NCBI GenBank assembly: GCA_964016885.1
Contig: OZ024742.1
Coordinates: 262,012,001-262,076,000 of the forward strand
Source of the DNA: Eledone cirrhosa
Taxonomy: Eukaryota
Reading direction: 5' to 3'
Length of the DNA stretch: 64,000 bases
Part shown: one piece after another, positions 27,902-39,150 of the stretch
Layout of the letters: every line of letters starts with the position of its first letter
Numbering within the stretch: the first letter of the stretch is position 1
Made by a program: the position numbers and the translations under genes
The notes under the pieces: model-generated
What the model saw: the letters and a program-made list of their open reading frames with translations, nothing else
Database searches by the model: none
What the model was told of the DNA's origin: nothing

Positions 27902-28173
27902 ATCTTTTGTATACTTAAAGCAGTTGGTTTCAGAATCATTGAGAAAATTAGAAATGTGTGCATCTCAATTTGAATTACTGTAACAAAAGTGGAGAAAATG
28001 AGGTACCCCTGGAGATAGAAAAGATTGATTCACATTTTTCCCATCTATAACAGTACTTTACCTATTTCTCTTTATTTGTAGTGATTCTCTTTTATCATAG
28101 TCAGTCGTATTGTGACATGCACATTTCAAAATCTTATTTTTAGAAAACATTGTTTTTGTGTTTCTATTAAACT

Positions 28174-30500
28174 ACCTTATCATCATCATCATTATCATTG
28201 TTTTTACGTCCATTTTTCCACACTTGCATTGGATGGATGTGTCTTTCTTGGTCTACCTCTACTGCAGCTTCCTTCCACTCAGATTTCCTGGCACTTCTTC
28301 ACCCAGTGATCATCATCAATGCGCATCACATGTCCGTACCAATGCAGTCTTCTCTCCTGCGCACCACTTCAGATTCCTGTTAAACCCCAGTTCATCCAAG
28401 CTCTGCCTTTCTCTCACACTTACATTGCACATCCAACGAAGCAAGGTTGCTTCATTTCTCTCCAGTCTACACATGTCCTCTTCAGTCAGAGCCCATGTTT
28501 CACTACCATGCAGCATTACACTTCAAATACAAGCCTCATATAGTCATCCTTTTGTATGTAGGGAGAACCCTATTGTTGTCAACAGTGGGAGTAGCTCTCT
28601 AAACCTTTTCTATCCTATCCTTATTCTAGCTATTGTGCTATCAAAGCACCCTCCTCCATTGCTAATTAAGTCACCTAGATAGTAGAAGCTATCAACCAGT
28701 TTTATGGACCTTTCCTGTAACTTAAAGAGCTTTATATCACTGGTGCTCTTCCACTCAATAACCTCTGTGCATCTACATACAAAGTTTTCCCTTCTTGTTT
28801 GTCTATCTGTTAGCCCACATCTCTTGTGTACCCGAGATTTTCATTGTGTACATTGTTTGGAGTGATGCCTACTCCTTTTCTACATATTGAGCCGGACCAC
28901 TTCTCTGAAGGAATCAGGGTCCTATCTTCTTTCCTACTTACTAACACTTTAGTTTTGGCTAAGTTTACTCTCAGACCATTTGATTCCAAATTCTGTTTCC
29001 ATATTTGGAATTTATTTTATAGTTTTTTTTATTGATTCAGCTATAAGGACCAGATCAACTGCATAGAGAAGTTCTCTTGGACAGCCTGTTTTAAACACTT
29101 CCATTATGGCGTGGGCTAAGAACTGAACCTTGATGAACTTGTACTGTGAATTCCTCACAACTCACTTCCTACTCTTACTTTACTGACAGCTCCTCTGTAC
29201 ATGGCTTGCATTGCACTCACAAGCCATTCTTCTACACCTAATTTCCTTAAGGACCACCAAATAATGATTGAAGTATTCTATCAAAGGCCTTTTCTAGATA
29301 AAAAAAAGCTGAATATAGCAGCTTATTCTTGTCCAGGAACTTCTCTTGTAGTTGCCTCACTAGAAAGAGGGCATCTGTAATACTTTTCCCAGGCATGAAA
29401 ACCAAACTGCATCTCGTCTAATTTGATTCTTTCCCTAATTAGTTGTGCTATAACTCTTTCCATCACTTTCATAACTTGGTCCATTAGTTTTATTCCTCTA
29501 TAGTTGCTCCTTTCTAGGGCATCACCTTTGCACTTGTAGCAATTTACGATTGTACTGTTGCACTAGTCATTGGGTATGACTCCATGTATTACCTGATTGA
29601 CTATGCTGGTTACTAGTTCGTCTTCTGCTTCTTCCGATGCTTTTAGCATCTCAGCAACTATCTCTGACAGTCCTGCAGCTTTACCATTCTCCATCTCTTT
29701 GATTGCTTCTTTGACCCTACAACTGTCAACCCCTAGTGTGTCCTTCTGATTGGGAAGATGGGGTTAGTTTCTCTTCCTATCATTTATCAATCTCTCATAG
29801 TAATATTTCCAGGCCTCTTTCTTTTGAGCATCAGTGGTGCTAAATATACTAGTGTCATTTCTAACACAATTTTCCCCAACATCCTAATTTACACTGACAC
29901 ACAAGCCTCTTTCTTTTGAGCATCAGTGGTGTTAAATACACTGGTGTTGTTTCTAACACATTGCCTTGAAATGTGGAACACTTCACGTCTCAGGACGATG
30001 GCAAACTTTCTTTTTTCAACCTCTGTCCGAGCTGTGTATACCTGTTGCCTAGCTTCTCTGTTAGCTACCTGGTACCGGTCTCTGCTACCAGTTTTTGTAT
30101 GCCTGTTTTTTTGGTTTTAATGGCTCTATCCTGTGCTGTTCCACCACCTGGTCACCCTGTCTAACTGGCACTTTACTCCAGCCACAAGTCTCATCAGTAG
30201 TTCATAAAAGGTTGTCATGCAAGAATTTCCAGTTGTCCTTTACATTAACTGAAAGGTCCTTTAGCTTCCAAACCCTCTATCTCCATATTTTCCTCTATAT
30301 CCTATTGTCTTGTGTTTATTCTGATGTCACTAGTAATTAACTTGTGTTGGGCAGTGCATTCTTCCTCAGGGAAGGCCTTAGTATGTATTACAGTCCATTA
30401 CAAGTTGTTTGCCAAGATGATGAGGTCTCTTTCATCAGTACCTGAGGTTGGCTATAAATGTTCCTCATAGAACCTGTCCTTTTCTTCTTTATTCAGTCCT
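28174..30500 (-). mobile_element. Degenerate RTE-type LINE
   Basis: (CAT)n tail at ~28180. Minus-strand MLHGSETWALTEEDMCRLERNE, RT remnants and upstream linker are homologous to 317-2696. Confidence 0.85.
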
Positions 30501-32072
30501 GCTTGTGATATAGATGTAATACCAAGTCACATAAAACTACCCCTGGTTTTGTTACAAAACTGTTAACATGTTTATATTTATTTAAAAACCTTCTTTCATA
30601 ATTTTAGATAAAAACCTTTCAGTTATAACACTAGCTTAATAAAAAGAAAGTTTTCAAAATTATTTGAACATCATAGCCAGTGTCTTTCGTTAGAAATATA
30701 GTAATGAAAGGATTAATATCCACTTTCCATGCTGGCATGGATTGGACAGGTTGTCACAATCTGATACTAGAGAGGTTGGAAAGATCACATTTTGCCCATA
30801 TAAACCACGAGTAAGATGTAGTCTCTGATCTATCTAGCTTTGGACCATGAAAACTTGTCCAATCCATGCTAGCATGAAGAGCAGATGTTAAATGATGATG
30901 ATGTCTTAGTTTAAAAATACTGATGATAGTTTAATTGATTTCTTGTATAGGTTGAAATACTTAAAGATAAATAGCTGAAAGGAATGTATGGAGATAAAAG
31001 GTATGAAGGTGGTGGGAAGAAAAGGAAAGGTGTTAGAGTGAGCTCCGTTGTACAATATGTACTGGGTCAGTACATGAAAATGTGTTTTGGATCAGATTTG
31101 TAGCTCCTGTTAGTGAGCAGGTAGAAATAGTCTTGTAAATGGCCTTAAAATGCTTGCTATTGTTGCTCAAGTAATTCAGTGTAACAGAGAAAGGTGGAAA
31201 TGAAATTGTTCAATGTTCAGCTACAACTAGAAAAGAAACATGACATTATCTGGTGTTCTAGCAAATTGTGCTGCTGTCTAATGTCCCAGTGGACTCATAC
31301 TACGTTAACTTTCTATAATTGAGTTATCTATCCAGTGTGCTGGATTCCTATGACACTGACAAATGTTTGATGAAATGGCCTTGTGCCATATATCTATAAC
31401 AAGCAGCTCATCCCTCTCATATCAATGGTAAGATTTGATCATAACACTAATATCTAAAGGAAATTATACCACTTAATTGTAAAGTTAATTGAGCCCTTGA
31501 AAATTAAACATCTTGGACATGAACACAGTCCACACTTGGCGACAAGATATGAACTACTATCCAACCTTATATTGAGTCAGCCATTTGTCAGATGGCAGTC
31601 CAACACACATATATGTGTATGTGTATATTGGTGTAAATACTTTGTGTTAATTGCATATATAACTGGCTTGCAATTTGTTAAACAGATATTGATGGAAATA
31701 GCCAGACTATGTACTAGGGTTGATAAAATTGTTTAAAAAAATGTAAAGGCTGTGCCCCTGCATAGCCATAGTCCAGTGATTAAAGAAAAAGTAGAAGTTT
31801 ACAGCTATGTAGGTTTAGCTGGCCTCCTGTGAGCTTGTGTCTAATAGGTTTCTTGGGTGTTTTAATAACAGAAGTCCCAGTCCCATCATAAAAACAAACA
31901 TGAAATGAAGAGTCTTATTCAAAACAATGCACTGCTTGGTCCAGGAATCAAACTCACAACTTAATGACCAACACTCTAATCAACATGCCATGCACCAGTG
32001 ATTGAAAACAGTAAAAGAATAAAGCAAGATTCAACATAAACAATTTATTATCTATAATACAATCATCCATCA

Positions 32073-35000
32073 TCAGTTAAGCCCAATCAGGTTCTCTATA
32101 GCTGGATATTGCCAGTCATTTTCAGCCAAAGATTTTGCCTTTTGACGTAGGTTTTTCATCCGTTGTTCATGCAGATCTAAAAAAAAAAAAAGAAAATGTA
32201 TAATTCATAATCAGTGTGGGAAATGGACATTAAATTATGAAGATGATGACAAGGCTTTGCCTCAGTCATAACTGACCATGTGTCTACACCCAGAGTTCCT
32301 CTGAGAAAAGTGTTTAATGGAATATCAGCAGCCTTCTCTTTACAGAGAACCGATGTCCAATCGAAAGGCAAGGGCTGATACATCTTAGCACCAGTGTCAT
32401 CACAACTTAGATATGCATTATATACAGTGAATTTATATCTGAATATTTACAGTATAGAGGTAACTGAAACTGTAAATGTATATCCCTTTAGCATTTAAAC
32501 CGGCCATATCCGGCCAGAATTTTCTCACCTCTTTCTGTTTAAACCGGCCACTCATACTGACATTAAGGTATTGTTCTAAAAATAAATAATATCATCAAAA
32601 TTTCGTAGATTCCATACTATGTGAGATAAAGCCTTTACCATGAAAATATAATAGTAGAATAATGTAAATGCTAAAGGGATATATAAATTTACACATTGAG
32701 TATATAGATATGATAAGTATCCACATTTTCCCATATACTGAAAAATACAGATATCAATAAGACGTTTGTTGTTTTTGTTTAGACAAAATCCAAACATTTA
32801 AGCCCTTAACTGGATGTCTAATACTCTGTTAATTGAGTCAACCATGCTCTTGCTGAAAGAATGAAAGAAAAACTGTAATATAACCTTTTTGAAGTCCTTG
32901 ATAGGAAAGTTCCAGATCATGTTCAATTTGTAGTTTAAACATCAGTGCAGAATTGCCATCTAAAGAAAGAAAAGTAACCAAATGTAGACTGGTTTCTAAA
33001 GTAAAAACATTTAATATAGTAATTCCTATTTCTCTGCTATTGGAATTATTACACTGGTCTGCGATGTTTTCAAGGTCTAACATATAATACATGATTTTAG
33101 GCCAGTTTTTTGCACTGAATCCAAAAATCATGCTCATTTTACTCAATCAGATCAGGTTAATGAAATATTAGCACATTAAAAATATCCTAAATTCCGATCT
33201 ATTTGTAGGTGAATAAAACGCAATATTGAAAATATTAGACTGATTTATTCACAGAAGGCTTACAAAATATTTTGAATAGATAGCAAGAAGAGTATAATGA
33301 ACTAAGGAAGCTACTCATGGATGAATGGTCTCTTCAGGGACTTCCGTTTGTGCTGAGCAGACTGCGCATCCCTCTTTAGGCACCAGCAGTAGTCGGCCAG
33401 AAAGTTGACATCCCATCGGCCTTGATAGCGTTCCTCCATAACACTGATATCTTGGTGAAAGCGCTCACCATGTTCTTCACTGAAGTCTCCACAATTCTCT
33501 GGAAAATAGTCCAGATGAGACCGGAGGAAGTGCATTTTCACTGACACGCGCGCACCAAGTTGGCGGAAATTCTCCATTAACTCATCAACCACCTTCTGAT
33601 ACTGGGAACTTCTGTGGTTGCCAAGGAAGCTTGCAATGACTGACTTAAGGGACAATCAGGCAGAGAGTTCAGCAGGATTCAGTGCATCATCAAAACTAGT
33701 ATCCTTGATGAGTTCCCTTATTTGAGGACCATCAAATATACCTGCCTTAATTTTCTCCATGCTTTTTCGTTGAAACTTCTGATGGAGGAAAGCAAATCCT
33801 CCACCTTCCCTGTCCAATGCCTTTACAAAGTTCTTCATGAGACCGGTTTGATGTGGAGGGTTGGAAGCAATATCTTGCTCGGTTCAACCAGAGGGTGGGA
33901 CAAAACGTTGTGTGATCCCGGTTTTAATCCTTGTCTTAATGGCCACTCTTGTCTGATATAATGCTGGTCATCAGCACAGCTATCCCATAAGCACAGAAAG
34001 CATGGATACTTTGTGTAACCACCTTGAAGTCCTAGGATGAGTCCAACAACTTTAAGATCTCCACAGATCAACCATTTATGTTTCTGGTAGTTCAGAGCAG
34101 ACAACAAACGTTCCATGCTTTTGTGGGATTCTTTCATTTCAACTGAGTGCCCAACAGGGATCAATGAAAACTTGTTTCCGATATTCAGAAGAACTGCTTT
34201 GAGACTTCTGTTAGATGAGTCAATGAAAAGTCTCCATTCCATAGCATCATACTTCAGACCAAGTAATTCAATCAGGTCAGCAATATTGCTACAGTAGACC
34301 AGTGAAGATGCTTCATCAAACATGAAGAATTTTCTAAATTCTCTCTCGCGGCCCCGATACCAATAGAATGTTGTTCCTGGCGCCAGTAGACGTTTCTCTC
34401 AAAGACGAGAACCCAATAGCTGGGCAGACTCCTTCGAAAGGTTCAGGTCATTGAGTTCGGCTTGGGTCAAAGGCACCGGTTGGTCGTCCTCTTCTGACCT
34501 GTATCAATCATGTCACTAGATTCGGAATCAGAACTAGATTCCATGATGACATTTGGCTCAGGAACAGGAAGATCGGGGCCATGGGGGATTGGCTTTATGG
34601 CAGAAGGAACATCAGGGTATTGAACATGGTGCTTGTTCTTTTAGATTTGTCATGCAAAAGTAGCAGTCGGTAACGTGATCTTTCCCTTCCCTCCACACCA
34701 TTGGGACACCAAATGGCATACTCTTCCTTTTCTTGTTCCTCCAATCCCGTAAGTTCTCTACACTTGTTTTGCAGCAGATATGGGGAGCGAATAGCTTATC
34801 CTGGTCCCCTAGTTTGACTCCAAAGTAAGCGTGATATGCCTTCTTCACAAAATCCGTGATTTTTGCTTGACGGTCTGGAAGAACCACATGTCCGCAGATG
34901 TAACAGAACCTATTAGGATGGTTTTTACACTTCCGATCCATTTTTCTAGACCTGAAAAGAGAAATAAAAATAATTAAAGGTTACCCACGACCCTGTTTTG

Positions 35001-38000
35001 CAAAAGCAAAGCCCATAAATGCTTGGATTGCGATATTTTAGAAAAATATGCTGAAAAAGAAATAGACTATATCTTAGAAACCAGACCTGACCCAGAAAAA
35101 TAAACTGTATTTCTGAATTCAGCATGCAAAAAGGGTCCTAAATCATTTGGAAAACCCTTGACCTTTTTAAAAAAGTTTTGAAACGCAGACCAGTGTTATC
35201 AATGGTGATATTTTGACTAATGTAAACCAACTTGTTAATAATTTAACTCTTTAATACCTCAATTTCTGGAAGTGCCTTATAGTGTCTAATATTACTTATA
35301 TATATATATCATCATCACCATTTTATGTCCATTCTTCCACGCTAGCATGGGTTAGACGGGTTGTCCTGTTGTAGGCAGTGCCAGGTCGGGTGACCTTGTC
35401 TTGCTCACACAAACTGATTTGGCTTGATTTCTACAGCTGGATGCCCTTCCTAACACCAACCTCATTTACAGTGAGTGCTGGGTGCTTTTTTTCCGAGGCA
35501 CCTACATGACCACTTTACAGTGGGCTGGGTGCTTTTTTGCCGTGACACCTCCATGACCACTTTGCAGTTGGAGGGGATGGGGGCATATTGTCTATATGCT
35601 TCAGCATCGGCTTGTTCCCATGGGAAGTCGGGTCTTCTGTATTACTGCATGACGCCAGAGGTCATGATCCTGTGTCAGTCTTTGAGAGGTGCAATTGGGC
35701 AAGATCAGCTTTTATCACCTCATCCCAGGTCTTCTTGGGTCTCCCCACTCAATGGCTTCCATCGAATTTTAGTGCTCTGCACCTTTTATATATATATATA
35801 TATATATAGTTAATAAATGAAACAAACAAAACACAGGATGCAGTTTTTCAGTTATATTAGGTTCCGGCATGGTGGAAGTGGAGGAAGTTTCAACATTTCA
35901 GACAGAAGTCCTCCTTCAGGAAAGTTCGGATAAGGAGAGAACATATACACAGGAGTAGTGTGAGAAGGTTAGGGAAGGAAGTAAGAAAAAAAAAATTGGT
36001 GAGAGGGGGAGGTGGGTGAAAGGTCCGGCCTGAGAGAGGGCAGAGTGGAGGGTAAGGGGTGGCATGGGTGCGGTTGTGCGTGTGTCGAAGGGAAGAAATT
36101 GGTAGATGAGCGTGGCTTCAGTCTATGTTTCCCAGAGTCTTAGGTGAAGTGTACACATTTGTGTGTGTGTGGGGGGGGGGGGGGGGGGATTTTTCTGTTA
36201 TTTCTGTGTGTGAGTGTATATATATATATACGTGTCTGAATGTATATGAGTATGTGTATATACCTATGTAAGCTTAAGTGTAGGAATATATATGCAGAGA
36301 TACAGTGCAAGGTAAAATGGTCAACAACAAATTAGATAAGGTGGTCTGGTTGTCTCACTCTGTCCCTCTCTCTCTATAAGCTTATGTGCATGTGTATCTA
36401 TGTATGTATAAATGCTTGTCCATGGCCACACACATCTGAATGTCTTTTATGGCACTTTACAAAAATATCGCGGATGGTTGATGGTTGGGATACAAGGCTG
36501 ACATCGGTCAAGCAATTCAAATATTTATTTACTTTTTGACTCATTGTTTTATACTTCTAAAAGGCTCCCTATGATAATTTATCTCTCCCCTCATTCATTA
36601 TACTATTGTTTATGTATTCTTCTCTTCTTCTTCGCCCACTTATTCCTGAGAGGGTCATGGGGCAGAATCCTCAAACACTCCTTTCTGTGGGTCTTGTCAG
36701 AAGCAACCGTCTCCATCTGATTCGGCTGGATCTCCAAGCATGACCAGCCAAGTTCATGGATGTTATGCAACCATCTTGGTCGGAGTCTCTTGCCAGTTGG
36801 TTTTTGCCTGTAAAATCTGTCCAGCGATTCTTTCCTGAGACATTTTAACCACATGCCCATAGTATCAGAGCTGTGATATCTCAATTCAGAAAAACAGCAG
36901 CTTTACCTGGAGTAACTTTTTGATCTCCAAGCTATGCACTCTATCAAGTAATGTTACTCCAAAGACCCTTTGGAGGAATCCCATTTTGGCCGCTTGTATT
37001 AGTGATCATATTCTTTTGGTCATTACCAAATATTCTGAAAAATACAGATAGGTAAGGTTTTACACGAAACCCGAATTGAAAATAGCCAGTTTGGCTTTTA
37101 CACCTACCTCCCTTCTTCTGATTACCGAATGCTGAAGTTGGTGCATTACTGCACCAGCTCCTGCTATTCTTGCACTTAATTCAGCCTCTTGCCTTCCATC
37201 ACCCGTGAACACAGCTCCGAGGTACTTGAACTTATCTACCTGCTTCAATGGAACTCCATTCACATGTAGAGTGCACTGTGCAGGCTTCCTTGAGAGGATG
37301 AGTGTCTCAGTTTTTGCAGCACTGATTTTTATTCCAGCCATGCAGCACTCGGCATCAAATCTATCGAATGCAAGTCAGAAATCACCTTCTGTCGAGTTAA
37401 GTAATACTATGTTGTCTGCAAATTCCAGCCGACTGATTTTACACTCGCCAATCGTGATACCACTTCCAACCTGGCTGTACATGTCAACCCTGTTCAAGAA
37501 AATGATGAACAGGAGAGGTGACAGTACGCGCCCTTTGCAGAGTCCGACTCCTACATTGAATGGTTTCGATTTAGCCCCATTTATCCGAACACAAATACTC
37601 GGGTTGGTATCGAAAAGGTTAAAACATTACCCAAGTGTGGATTCCTAAGGAATGCATCCTTTATTAATTTTACAGAGCGATAGCTCAGTTTTCCCATATT
37701 CCTTTTTCCAGTTTATAGATGCAGTAATTTGTTTTGTTTTAGACCAGCAAGTGAAGTCGAAAAACTTCTAGATTATTAAACACTGCTAGATAACATAATT
37801 CCCCACAATATTTAGGTTGAAGAATTAGTTTCTGAATGTGTAGATGATGCATATGTAGCATCAAGTATAACTGATTATGATGCAAACTATCATAGGATTA
37901 ATGTTTTATGGAATTATTTACAATCTTTATCACTAAATGATGATTGTAACCTCACACTATGCTACTAGAGAAATTTTTGAAAAAAAAAATCTTGTATATA

Positions 38001-38041
38001 ATAAGTACTAGAGAATGATGCTGACATGACTGCCTATATAT

Positions 38042-38084
<43 letters not shown>

Positions 38085-38112
38085 TTTGCAAGATTCCTTA
38101 ATATATATATAT

Positions 38113-38145
<33 letters not shown>

Positions 38146-39111
38146 CAAAGGTATATATTGAGTTAGGAACTCAAAATAGTCTCTTACAATAAAATAGCTC
38201 TAAGAAAGAGATATTTCCGAGCCGTATATTATAATTGAATATAAAAGAAAAATTAACACAGATATATACATATATGTGTTCAAATCGTAAGGGACCAGAT
38301 TCGCTAAGGTGAAAAGAATACTAACTATAGACAATAAGGTTTGCCTGTCTCAATTTAAGAAAAAATCAAGAAAATAAATACAAACCGGAATTGTGGTAAC
38401 TACCAATCACCCAGACAGCTTGGTGCTGTTTCGCAATATTAATTGTGAATAGAATTACCAATTCTTGCTCATATATGTATATATCTGTGTTCGTTTTTCT
38501 TTTATATTCAATTATAATATACGGCTCGGAAATATCTCTTTCTTAGAGCTATTTTATTGTAAGAGACTATTTTGAGTTCCTAACTCAATATATACCTTTG
38601 ATATATTCAGCTCCGTTAATTTGTTGAGCTATTTCAAATGTCGAATAAACCTGGCTGCTAGTTTTAGTGGTGTAAGTTTGTGAGACACGCTAAGATACCA
38701 TGTGCGTTATTATATATAGCACACTATTCAGTTGCATAATATACTTAGAAGTGTCTAGGATACTAATTCATCACCCACTGATGAGCAAGAATTGGTAATT
38801 CTATTCACAATTAATATTGCGAAACAGCTGACCAAACGCTGTCTGGGTGATTGGTAGTTACCACAATTCCGGTTTGTATTTATTTTCTTGATTTTTTCTT
38901 AAATTGAGACAGGCAAACCTTATTGTCTATAGTTAGTATTCTTTTTACCTTAGCGAATCTGGTCCCTTACGATTTGAACACATATATGTATATATCTGTG
39001 TTAATTTTTCTTTTATATTCAATTATAATATACGGCTCGGAAATATCTCTTTCTTAGAGCTATTTTATTGTAAGAGACTATTTTGAGTTTCTAACTCAAT
39101 ATATACCTTTG

Positions 39112-39150
<39 letters not shown>

